NCBI GenBank assembly: GCA_054661495.1
Contig: BAAFSQ010000043.1
Location: 23,893-55,892 of the forward strand
Reading direction: 5' to 3'
Source of the DNA: Zygophlyctis sp. KS116
Taxonomy: Eukaryota > Fungi > Chytridiomycota
DNA: 32,000 bases
Shown here: positions 1 through 11,900 of the stretch, in pieces
Layout: every line of letters begins with the position of its first letter
Numbering within the stretch: the stretch's first letter is position 1
Made by a program: the position numbers and the translations under genes
Notes under the pieces: model-generated
What the model was told of the DNA's origin: nothing
Databases searched by the model: none
What the model saw: only the letters and a program-made list of their open reading frames with translations

Positions 1-3000
1 CATACTCCGACATATGACATGCAAGTCTAGTAAGAGATTGTTTACCGGTTCCTCCAACCCCAATAAGAAGTGCATTTCCCCTCGGCTGTCGTATGATACG
101 AGAAATTCTAGAGATGTGTTGGATTGCATCCAAAAAGAATATTAATCGTATGTCCTTATTTAGAGATAAATTGTATTCTTCCAAATATTCCTCAAGAAGA
201 ACAGCCAGCGCTTTGGGATCCGGTAGCTCCGTGTAAATTCTTTCCTCTGCAGGAATGCCTCTTTTGGAGAAATCACCGAATATGGGAGGATTTTTATGCA
301 GATTATCCAGAACTTGCTGAGCAGCAAAATTCTTTTCTGCGACATCCGCCAAAATTTTGTTGAAGTAACCGCGATCAGTATTGTCGATCAAACGATCATG
401 AAAAATGCGAGATGATTCATGACAAAAAAGTTTCACCACATCGGCCTTCATTTGAATAGTTTGAGGTTTAACCTGCAACATACCTTGAATTACTTTCGAC
501 AAATCTCTAAGATTGAAAGTATAATGAGATTTTGCGGGAGTTGGAAGAAGTTCGGTGCACATCCTTCTATATATTTCTATGGATGAATTTACAATAGCAT
601 CACAGCAGCCTTTTACTTCACCATTAAAGTTTTTGAAAAACCCATCGACAATTGATTTGAATATTTTAAAAAGGGAAAGCTCTCCAGCAGCAGGTATGTT
701 AAGAACATTAAAATGACGGATTAATCGTGATGTAACATTATTTCTTCCTCCGCCAGGGGGTGCACAAGCAGCAACGATACCTACGTCTTTGATATCTTTC
801 CATGTCAGCTTTTCACGGTCATAAAATCCTGAAAATCCGATATACTGTCTTAATAACTCTATAGGAGGTTGCGAGCCGTAGCGATCTAACTTTGGCATAT
901 TCAAATCATCAACAAAGAGTAGAATTCTGTTAAATCCACTTGGGGCCCCGCTAATGTTTTTCCGTTTTTTTTCCAGGCGCAATTCAATCATTTCCTGGGT
1001 TTGCTTGCTATTTGTTTGGGCGGAAAAATTCAAATTTATCGGTAAATAGCCTTTTTGAGAACTAACTCGATTCAAATAATCCTGAATAATAACAGATTTC
1101 CCAACTCCTGATAAACCTGTGAATAACACAGGGAACCCGCCAGAAATCAGCTGATCCAGTAAATAGCCATATTTTACTGTTTCGACAGTTGGTACCATAA
1201 TCTGAAAATACGGAATTTCTGGGGAGTATTTGAATGTAGGAACAATAGATTCCCATGAGGAAAAACTTCGATATTTCATATCAATATAATAGGAAAATAC
1301 TGAACCATCATCCGGCATATTTATTTCCAGATTCTGATGCTGATCCAAGAGCTGACGGAGAAAAGTATCAAACTGGTCATGATACCCGTCTGCCAAATTC
1401 CCACCAATCGACCATACATAGCTGAAAATAAATATGTTTCCGAAGAGACTTTTTAATTCTGCTAAAGGTAATTTGAAATCAATTTCTTTTGTTCGAACCA
1501 CAAACGTTTGAATGAGTCTGCACAATCCACACACCAAATTAAAATCTACTGTTTTTACAAACTCTTTACAGCTTTTGCGAACAAATCGCAAGCCCGGATC
1601 CACCAGAGTATTAAAAAGTTCTTGCATCAAATCTCTAAGCTCAAGAGAAATATATTCTGGAAGCGACTTTAGCCATGATTTTACATATGCTCTCCATCCT
1701 AGAATCGCAGTGTCGATATAAACCATTCCACATCTACTAACTGTTGCGGGAGAGGCAACTGCTAAATCAGCAACTTCAAATAGCATATGCATTGTGGTAT
1801 TCATCTTGATGCGTTCTCCATTAATCAATGTCAAAAGCTTATTGTCATCAAGGACAGTATTCATGTTTTCAATCCACAAAGCATCAACAGGTCCGTCACA
1901 AACTGTCCACTTTTCATCTAGCGACAAGTCAGCCACCTGTGCTCGAAAAACGGAGCCCATTAAACCGTCCTTCCATTCCATGGTCGCAAGATTATATTCT
2001 CCATACAATTCCTGCATTGAAATGCACTATAAATAAAAATAAATCAACACACCTTGGGGTTAAGTACCCACGTCTTGACCTTTTGAAACTCGGCTGAGTA
2101 AGATTTTCCCTTAGAATTCAAATTCTCATAAGAATCTTTCAGAATTTCGTAACAAGTTGTTTTTCCACCACCTGTTGGACCAACAAGCATTACTCCATGA
2201 CGAATCCTCATAGTTTCACTCAATTGACATACTCTGCTGACGAAAGAATCTACGATTTCCAGGTTTTTATCCTTCATAGATTGTTGAACAGCTGAAACCA
2301 ATATACCAAAATCACGATCAGGAACATTTACACCCGGGAATAGATCTTGAATAATTCCCTTAAACAGGCCAATATCTTCAGCTAAAAACTTTGGTAGATT
2401 TGAGTCTCTCAGTGAACGAATCAGAACTACTTCCTCTACAAGTTCTGGATTTGACCTTTTCAGAGCACCGGCCATTATCAATACGGATTTAACGGCTCTC
2501 ATTCCAAAATCATAATGATCCTGCTGCGATAATTGTTCGGAGCAAAGCTTGTACAGGTTCACAACCTTACCAGACAAAACCTTGGCATTTTCAAATCCTT
2601 CAGAGAAAAGACTGATTTCTGCAATTAATCCGTAATCTAGAGATATCAAATAATATAGCTTACCCGGTATCATCATTGCTATTGGTCTAAAGAGTGCCTT
2701 GAGATTATCCGGCAGCTCTGTTCTACCTGCATATCCTGGATTCATAGTGATAAATGCAGCACAAGTATCAATAAGACGAATTTCCCTTCCTTCAAAGATG
2801 AACCTAGCCGCCCTGACGTCTTTTGCATTTTTAATTGTGAGAAGCTGCTGAGCAATGACCGAGAGTACTTCGATATCAATGCGATTAAACTCATCAAAGC
2901 AGCACCAAGCCCCTGACTGAGCTAGACCAGCAAACATTTTCCCCATCATTTTGTAATCCATTCCATCCGAACAATTGAAAACAACACACTGACGGGCAAC

Positions 3001-6000
3001 TGCCTTTGCGAGATCTTTTACAGTTTCTGTTTTGCCAGTACCGGCTGGGCCAACTGGAGAGCCTCCTAAATTTAGCTGGAGGGCTCCTGTCAGAGTTAAA
3101 TAGCAGCGATCAGTTAAGGGCGTGATAACAAGCCGAGCAGAGCAGCCTAAGTATTCACAGCCGTAATTGTAGGTTGAAGTTGCCATCCTAACGCTACAAA
3201 TATCTGATTCAGCGTCCCATACGTAACGCATCTGTTTTGTCCATTCAAAATCTGTTGGACTGGCCACTTTGGAATTGATTAAACCTTGAATTATATCACG
3301 ATTATGCACGTCTATTGTTATGAGGGCTCCAAGAATGGCCCGCTGAATTGTTGTTAATTCTCCTCTAACAAGCATGGCAAGCCCAGCAAGATTCTACAAT
3401 TATTAATCATTCAGATACCTGTACGCTTTTACTTTTTAAAGTATTGAGTGATTTGTTTGTATCCTGAGTTTTTAGACTTTCGTTAACATCTCGAGTCCAA
3501 AGAACTTGATTGGCAGTTAGAACAACTTGTCCCAGATGTTCCTTGACCCAAGAGAGGCGCTTAAGGTCTTCAAAGTCTTGAAGCGCCATTTTTATATGCT
3601 TTCGAATTACTGCAACCATCGCTTCTTCAACATTGCATAGCCATGACTCAACGTTTCCTCTGGCTTTAATAGTTTTAATAAATGGCACACGCTCCCCCTC
3701 CGGACTTATCATCGCGACGATATCATTACTCTTCGTATCAGCCGATAAAAATTCTAGGTTTTTAATTGCATCAAAGCATTTTGATAAATGAGGCTGGACA
3801 GCTTGTGGATTTTTAGTCTGAGATAAAATTTCAAGAAGTTCATCATTTGAAAGGAAATAAAATCTTGGAAATAACAATCGCTTGCTTTCCAGATAATCCT
3901 CGAGACATTTTTGAATTTGGTCAAGAAGTACATTATTTTGATGTAACAATTCAAGAAGCCCAGGAGCAGTGCCTGCCTTTATTGCATTGGGGTTTCTCGC
4001 TACTTTTCGCATTGTATCTTTCCAGCTTCGATCGACCTGAGAAAACATTCTAGCCTCATCAGGTAGTTGTCGTTGTATATCTGGTGCAGAAAAGATGCTC
4101 TCAAGATACAGCCAATTCCTTTGACAATTAAGCCAAGCATCAAGCGTTTCAGAAAACAGATTGACCTGCTTATCCCACCTTTCTACTTCTGATTTGATAG
4201 GGCCAATAAATCTTGATCCCTTGATTGTTGCAATTGTAACTAAACTATCTTCCAAAAGCGTTTGGACATCTTCTACACTCCCTAGAATGAATACATCTTT
4301 TGAGTCGCGGTATGAAACAATCACAAATTCGGTATCATTCCAAAGTTTAATAATACGGGTCAGCATTTCTTCTAGTGCTGCTTCAGATCCCGCCTGACCA
4401 GAAATTGAATTAATTTCTTCTTTGAAATCAAATATTCGCATTTCAATCAATTTGCCTAAAGTAAAGCCTTCTTCTTTTGATATTGTTTTTCCAATTGTGT
4501 CTTGAATTTTATCCCAGTGACGACTTTTCAGCGCTGGGTTTCTCAAATCAACAATTGCCGTATACATGGATCTATATTCGTCAACCATACTCTTTAATCT
4601 GGGAACAACATCGTTCGGCGGTAGTCCCTTGTCAAGAGAAAATGCAACTTTCATGAACGCATTAATTTGGTTGTTGATTTCTTCAGTGTTCAGACTCTCG
4701 AATGGTAACATCTTCCAATTACTTGATGATTAAATATAAAAAAAAAATACTCCGTAATAGATTCCCAATTATGCAGGCTATTCCATAATGTACACTTCAG
4801 TTCGACTTCAGTTCTTGTTTCTTCCAATTCTTGTGGCGGTGAAGACATTTGAGCTTGTGCGGATTCTTCCTCTTTGGTAGGATCTGTTGACCCGCCGCTT
4901 TTGAACAATCTACCCCAAGATTCATATTTCACTTTCATTTTCTCAGCATGATTTAATTGAGCTCGGATATCTTCTAAAAAAGTTGAGACATTTTCGAACT
5001 TAGAGTTCGGACTTAAAATCATGGGATCTTGCGCCTTGTTTCTGATTTCCAGAACTTCGGCCATTAATTCACCGATATTCTTTTCTAAATCAGAACTGAA
5101 CTTTGCTATTTTTTCCTCTTTAGTGTCAATAGCTAATTCAAGAGCATCTTTTAGTGAATGAAGTGTTGGACCTAGAGTTTGATATAATGCAAGATCTGTT
5201 GGAGGTATCGCTATGTGATATTGATCAATTAAATTATATAGTCGGCTATTTTCACCATTAATATGATCCACCAAAAGCATGCTAGTTTGTACTATTGTTA
5301 AACATTACTGAAATATCTTACTTTTTTCAAGCCATCCTAAATATTCCACAAATGCATCTACACTTGCTGGTTGGGAATTCAATAATAGAAGCCACGTTTG
5401 AACTTCATTCAACAGCAAACCATTCTTTTCCCTCGCAACTTTCGGTAGCAGTTTTGATACATCGCTTAAACAACGTTCTGGAATTGGTAAGAGGACAGAT
5501 TTCAATTGAGCCGAATCAACCAGCATATTATTAATCGTATAGAACACTGGAATAGATTCCATGGCATGTTTTTCCGTCGAGAATCTTTTTAAATAGTTTT
5601 CAAAGAATTCAACTAACGGAGACATGCATTTTTCCTCGCCATCTTCATTAGTTGATATTATCACGGTCGATGCGATTTCAAGAACGCCTTTGGGGGCTGA
5701 TATGTATTCCGGGTTCTGATCTAGACATAATTTATCTTGATTTTCTTTATACTCTTGAAGGATTACTCCAAGCCCCCGTTCAGCAGTAACTTCTGCTTTA
5801 GCTAGAAGAGAAGCGATTGGCCCCGCATGCATTTTTAAATTTTCAAGGACATCAAAGTTTTCTCCTTCAATCCACATTGAGCGAATTTTTTCCCATGATT
5901 TCATCCAAGTAAATGCGTTCGTAAACATTCCAACTAAAACTCCCCTAATTCTCCCGCAAATTTCACGGTAATATCCACCTTCTAATGCAATACTTCCCAG

Positions 6001-7900
6001 ATGAGGCCCTTCAGTAGATGCCGCATCTTCCAATCCACGAGTAGAAGAATATGATCCGCCAGATAGATTAGCAGGATCTAAAAATGGAAAAGAATTCGCT
6101 AAAAGCGGATAAGCTTCTAGAGTTTTGATATATCTCTTGAATAATACATCTACAGCTGCCAAGAAATCTGGCAAAGACGGTAAAAAATAGAATTCCTTGC
6201 TATCATTAGAATCTATCAAAAATTCGGTTCTAAACAGTGGCTTAAAGGGTGCTTGATCTTCAATAAGTAAATTTTGCTTCGAAGACCTTGCTTTGGAATT
6301 TAATGGATATTCTTCTTCACCGTCTTCGTCAAACTCCACTGTGTTTGTAATACTTTGTCGAATAATTCTGCTTAGTATCTGACTAAATCCATCGAATCCG
6401 CACTTAATCAATTCATCAGTTCCAACTTCTCTACCGACCGATACACCTCCCACAAAAAGTTTTGTGTCATTGTTATATTCATTTTGCTCTGATGAATGCT
6501 GGGAAAACTGCTTTTCCATACCAACTATTTCATTAATGTACAATCCAAGTCCAGCATCATCAATCGTAACGTCAGCATTGGTGCAGCCCTCAAAAACACT
6601 TTTGAGAAAGTCCCTAAGCGTCTCAATTACAAGCATATGTAGAGAGTTAACTATAAGATAATCAACAAGTTTGACAAAGCGCTGTAGGCGTCGACATTCC
6701 GATCTTCGAGTTGCCTGTTCAGTATATGATAATTTTTTAGGAGGTAGAGAAGTTTGCATATTTCCAGTGATCACGTTTGATTCAACAGGGAATCCCCGAT
6801 CATTTAGACATTTGATTCCGGCGATCTCTACAATTTCTCTTACACTATTCTCCCAATTTTTCATTGCTGTAACTGAAGTATATTCTAGACGTGCCTTTTG
6901 CTCAATTACAAATTGATTTAAATCAACTGTTCTGCGCTCCTCCAATTTAAAAAAGCGCGAATCAGCAATCAATTGCATACAGCTGGATTGAATTTTGAAA
7001 AGAGCTGGTCTCAGAGTATCATGATTGAAAAATGATGAATTTTCCAAGTTTTTCTTTGCAAGTTTGATTTTAGACCTTAGAATCACCTTTTTCCAATAAA
7101 ACAAGGATTTCCAGGTTCGATATTTTGCAAAAAATGGAATTTTAAGTAAGCTATGAAATATTTCATGCTCTCTCACCCATTGAGATACTGGAGTCAAGGT
7201 TCCATGACCGTGCACATCAAAATGAGTCATCCCCTACAAGATTAGACCATGAAATACTTACCGCTTTACTTAGTGTATAATAACCTTCGGGAGAATTTAG
7301 ATCCAAATCAGAATAATCTACAATTTCTAAATTGTATGGATTAAATGTTGGTTGTCCAAATTTAATCACAATTTTTACTGGTCTTAGATAGACAAATTCA
7401 TTAGTGTCCCTTCCATTAATCGATTCAATAAATGAAAATGGTGATTTTGAATCATGTTTTTTTGTAGTAAGATCCTGTGAATGATAAACTTCCAGTTCGT
7501 GAATCGATCCACCTTTTTCGATTGGTGGAATAACAGGCAACTTCATAGCAGGAACTTTTAGTATATATGATAATGCATCATTCTGGTCTTGATTTTTCCC
7601 GGTTTCTTGAATTACATTGCTCTTAAATATTTGGGCCTTTAGAGTTTTTGGTAATGGGCGCGTACTTTGGGCGCCTGATGGAGAATCATTGATTGGATCA
7701 AGTTTTAAATTAAAACCAGGCTTTGGCATTGACTGTGTAATCAGCCTTTTTCCTAAATTATTTGCTTTTACATCGCCAGTAGTATCTGTCATCATATATC
7801 GCATTGTTGACATTCGTCTGCGGTCTCCAGAGTCCATTAAGAAGGACATTCGACTGTTATCCTTTCTATGTGGACTCTTTGGAGATTTGTCCTTTTCCAT
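1..7900 (-). CDS. DNAH6: Axonemal inner-arm dynein heavy chain, DNAH6-like (3' part beyond the left edge)
   Basis: AAA1 GPAGTGKTET, WCCFDEFNRI and MNPGYAGRTELP; AAA2 GPTGGGKT; AAA3 GLSGVGKS; AAA4 GVGGTGKQSLTRLA at the window edge; linker FPRFYFLSNDELLEIL. ORFs join in frame across introns 7234-7261 (28 nt), 5292-5321 (30), 4722-4750 (29), 3394-3418 (25), 2637-2663 (27) and 2027-2052 (26). The DNAH6 subtype is from recall of the N-terminal and AAA4 motifs. Confidence 0.93.
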
Positions 7901-8412
7901 TTTGGCAATTTTAAGAATGACGTAGTGGCCGGCGGAAATTTACATCTAATGGCATGATTACATGTAAAGTATGTCGATATCATTATTCAAAAATTGGATA
8001 ATTATTCAGACTAACAGCCTAAGTTTTTTTTATATTATTATTACACATCTGGCATCATCTTCAAAGATTGGTTAAGAAAAACGAGTAAATGATTCCTTTC
8101 AACTGCATTGTTACTCCTCTATTGTGATTATCATGCATACTTATTTTAAATCTTTGAATTTGATTCTCTGGTACGAAATATCTTCTTAGTTTACAAATTG
8201 ATTCCTCGATTTCAGGAGAAATTGGCAATTACGGGAGTGTTTCTAGCAAACAACCAGCTTCAGAAATAACTTTACCTGCACGATCTGATCACTCTTTTTT
8301 CATGTACTATCAGAATTTCAATTTGCTATTGATTTCAACAAGGAATGCACTGAAACTCTAGATTGTCCGAAAATTGTCCAAACGCAAAATGGTAAATTGA
8401 TGTTCGCATTAA

Positions 8413-9530
8413 ATGAAAAAACGCTTCTACAGTCAGCAAAAACAGTTGTCTACGGCTCTTGATCATATTTGGTTTAATCTCTATGATTTTCATACTGGAA
8501 AGCCATACAAGGGAACAAGCGCTGATAAAGTTTCTCTCCCTACATCGGCTAATATTGCTCCGTTTAGAGATGCTGTCAAACTCAAGTATTCTGATAGTCA
8601 TCTGAAAGGTATTGCTCCATCTGATCTCTTGGTCTTCCAGAACAAGGATGCGTTTGATAAACAAAGCATTTAGATCTCGATCTACCTCTGCTGTGCAAAT
8701 CAAAGAACATTTTATTGTTACTTTCAAAGGTAATTATGCAAATAAAAGTCTTATAATAGGACATGGTGTAGCTGATTCTAGATTTACAACTCCTCCAACG
8801 TCATTACAGCACAAAATTTCAAAAGATGTGACATTATCTTTGCAGGATAAATATCATTACTTATCTAAGAAATGCTCCTTCAAAGAATATTGCGTAAATC
8901 TACTAAAACAGATGCATGATGGCCAAAAAGAATACTTGTGCCAAGTGATTCATTATAAAGACAGTGATTCAGGCTTTGGTGTTATTATTCCATCAATCGA
9001 CAGCCTTATACGATCAAATACTACTCATATGACGTTGATTGGATTTTGTAAGGCTGAATTAGATATTGATAATTACTGGAAGGACATTGCGTACAACTAT
9101 GAGAAATGCCAGAAATCAGTCAATTACTTTGCATCTTTGGACGGGTTTAAGAAGACTGGAATGAATATTGAATGGCATTTTATCTATCTAGCCCAACGCC
9201 ATGTATTGTCATCGTCGGATTCTGATATTAAAAAACATTCCAAGAATTTGCCTGATAATGTGATGATTATTGGGAGGGATGCATTTTTGATTTGTATGGG
9301 TCCTTGGCTGAAATGGTCATGTTTATCTCCTCTGATATCGAGGAAGTAAATCAAATTCAAACAAAGGCTCGGCCGAGTCCAGAAATATTAATAAAGAAAC
9401 TGCCGTAGAACACTGGGGACTATCGGAGATCGATTTCTTAGAATCGAAAAGGACGATTAAAGATCTAGCAGAATTAAATTGTTCTTCAGCAAATAATATA
9501 AAACTATTGAATGAATTTCTTAGCATATAA
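8413..9530 (+). CDS. Crinkler (CRN)-like protein: ubiquitin-like header, putative PD-(D/E)xK-type domain and HhH-like tail; may be a pseudogene
   Basis: The N-terminus WFNLYDFHTGKPYKGTSADKVSLP..IAPFRDAVKLKYSDSHLKGIAPSDLLVFQNK resembles CRN header domains. The downstream frame has IDSLI...LIGFCK and LPDNVMIIGRDAF..MGPW. Joining needs tentative introns 8652-8673 (22 nt) and 9346-9382 (37 nt), or frameshifts. Confidence 0.55.
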
Positions 9531-9570
9531 AGTATGCTACCAATAATGTGACATGTAGACTCCGCTGATA

Positions 9571-11342
9571 TTAGTAGCTCTGACTGAAAGAAAAAGGATA
9601 ATTTGAAACGTGTATTATCATTTCTCGAGCTTCCAATGACATTTTAACATTCAACTCTCCACGTATTAGTCTAAAATCAAGAATCTGTAATTTCTTTCCC
9701 CAATCTAAATATGTTTTCCATCTACTTTGCCCATATTTTTTGTAGAAGTTTTGGTTTTTGGAAATGAAATCATTGCCGGGTATCCATTCATCAGGCGCAT
9801 AATTCTGACAATATTTTGCTAAATCAATAAAACACTTGTACTGTTCAGTCAGACTTTTCGATTTGGAGAAGTCTTCAAGCGCAGTCCCTTCATGATCAAC
9901 AAGGGTAGTGATATGTTCAGAGCTTTTATCAAAATCGGCCCGGTCATTACCTTTTTTCAATGTGGTGTGAGAATCAAATTGATCATTTATACCCCATTTT
10001 CCGCTGTTTTTACTGCTTTCATGCTGTGTAACCATATTCAAAGGTGTTGGCTGTATAATTTGCTGCGGGGCTGGAAATCTTGGCTGAATCAAAACTTTCC
10101 TATCCTGATTTAAATTGTTCAGATATTTAGTTGGTGATCCCGCAACTCCTGATTCAGATGATTGAATTTGTGACCGGCGCCGATTAGTACCATTAATTTC
10201 TGCATTGTAATTTTTAGGACTACCATTTGTAACATTAAATCGCTGATTCTTTACAAACTGAGTTTCATGACTTGAGCAAGACTGTAAAATTTCCCGACAT
10301 ATTTGATCATTCATCTTTAATTCAATATTACTACCTCTAACAGTTCGAAATTCCAAGACATTATTTTTTTGTCCGTGTTCCAAGTATTTTTTCCAACTAA
10401 TAAATCCATATTCTTCAAAAAATCTTTTTGGCAAATCATTCAAAATTGAACTTCCACATACCCAATATCCCCATCTATCTTTTAAAACTTTTGCTAATTT
10501 GTAAAACTTTAAAAGATCCTTTTGTCCTGCAACTTCTATAAATCAGAGAAATCCCTCCCACCTTTTGCCTCATTAATCACAACTCTAAGATGATCTGTCC
10601 CTTGACCATTGTAATACACTAATCTATCTTTTCCTAAATCCTCAGTCTTCTTTTCTTCGAATACAATAGGACTTGGAATATTTTTAGAGATTTTTGGCGA
10701 CTCTTTTTCCAATACTTGAGCTATTTTAGAATCTGTAGAAACTAATTTTTCTAGACTTTGATCATTTTTTTTCAGAGTACTTAATTCCTGGCCTAAATCC
10801 GTATTTTCAGCAGGTCCATGCCGCGAATCTAAAACCTGTTCTTGATCATGATTAGACTCTGAATCACTTGAATCTTGATCCTGAATCACTGATTTAGAAT
10901 TAATTGACAGATGAAAACTAGTTATGGTCGGAGACTCTAATTTTCCATTCTTTATACTTTTACAGCTCCCTTCTGACGACTCTGAACAATATTCATCAGC
11001 AGAATCAACAAAATCTTCAAAAGCCAAATCTCTTTCTAAATTCTTTGGGGATTCATCCTTTTCAGAATGAATTATTTTAGCATTTTGAATCGATTCTTGA
11101 GACATTAATCTAGACAATGATCGAACATGAATCTGATCATTATCTTTTAGCAAATGCCTAGAATTCCCATCCCCTAAAAACCGGAATCCATCCAATTCCA
11201 GTATCAACTCTTGCAGTCCAAATTTAACCATTAAATCTTTAATTATCTGATCAATTGTAATATTTTTGCTTGTGTCTACAGGATACCAACAATTATTAAT
11301 TCCAAAGACTGCATCGAATATTAATTTGATTCTAAATGTCAT
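9571..11342 (-). CDS. Protein with a coilin N-terminal domain, an acidic/Ser-rich linker and two OST-HTH/LOTUS-like repeats
   Basis: FRIKLIFD..CWYPVD...TIDQIIKDLMVKFGL..LILELDGFRF.....HLLKDNDQIHV follows the coilin-N pattern. Intron 10536-10561 (26 nt) joins the two ORFs in frame. Two ~75 aa repeats: FFEEYGFISWKKYLEHGQKNNVLEFR and FYKKYGQSRWKTYLDWGKKLQILDFR. Confidence 0.7.
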
Positions 11343-11412
11343 TGCAATCCACAATCTTGTGTCGAAGAGTGCAATCAGTTGCGACGGCGCAGGACAATGC
11401 TTTAGGAGAGAA
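11343..11412. promoter_or_regulatory. Putative bidirectional promoter, 70 bp between divergent ATGs
   Basis: The coilin-like ATG is at 11342 (-) and the MRX11-like ATG at 11413 (+). There is a short GC-richer patch (TTGCGACGGCGCAG) in between. Confidence 0.5.
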
Positions 11413-11805
11413 ATGAGATGGCAAAACATTGTAATTCATTTCAAGAAATACCCAGGCTCTCATTTTACTTCATTTGTAGTCCTTCATGAAGTCTCTGCAC
11501 TTGTTCCCATTCCAATATTATTCCTAGGACTTGATTATCTAAATGTAGAAATACCATTCCCTCCTGATCTCTTACATATTGCTAATGATAAAGTCTCTAA
11601 AATCTTGGAGTTTTTGAAATGTCCGATTTTAGAAAAAGACTCGCAAGTCATGTTGCATTGGGCAAGTGCATATTTAATTGTAAAAGCGTTAATGCCTCTT
11701 AGAATAGGTCTATGTAATCTATATAATTGATAGCTAGGTATTTATTATGCTCCTGCATTCTCAAGGAGATTTGTAGAACCGATTACTAGAGTTTTTAAGG
11801 GCTAG
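11413..11805 (+). CDS. MRX11: FLILHELTA-family (Mrx11-like) mitochondrial membrane protein
   Basis: SFVVLHEVSA matches the FLILHELTA motif, and AYLIVKALMPLRIGL is present. Intron 11714-11737 (24 nt) gives the C-terminus CIYYAPAFSRRFVEPI. Confidence 0.8.
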
Positions 11806-11900
11806 GAGCTATTTCAGTACTCTATTTCAACAATATCTAGTATTTTAGACTGATTAGATAATAAAAGATTATAAATTTATAAATTTTAGAGGCAAGTGAG

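Noticed and set aside
124-7925. Short ORFs on the + strand or in alternative frames within the dynein gene, and similar shadow ORFs elsewhere (e.g. 25859-26221, 21839-22096)
   Set aside because: They are antisense or out-of-frame shadows of well-supported genes and have no recognisable motifs.
7901-8100. RFX X-box upstream of the axonemal dynein
   Set aside because: No convincing GTTNCC-AT-GGNAAC match is visible.
8090-8275. Possible LRR gene relic (IPRFQEKLAITGVFLANNQLQK)
   Set aside because: Only one LxLxxNxL-like motif in a short stop-bounded frame, which is insufficient evidence.
9323-9610. 3' extension of the coilin-like gene into ORF 9323-9526 through a GTTTCA..TTCAG intron
   Set aside because: It is frame-compatible, but the added peptide has no recognisable features and would overlap the proposed last exon of the CRN-like gene. 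Unresolved without RNA data.
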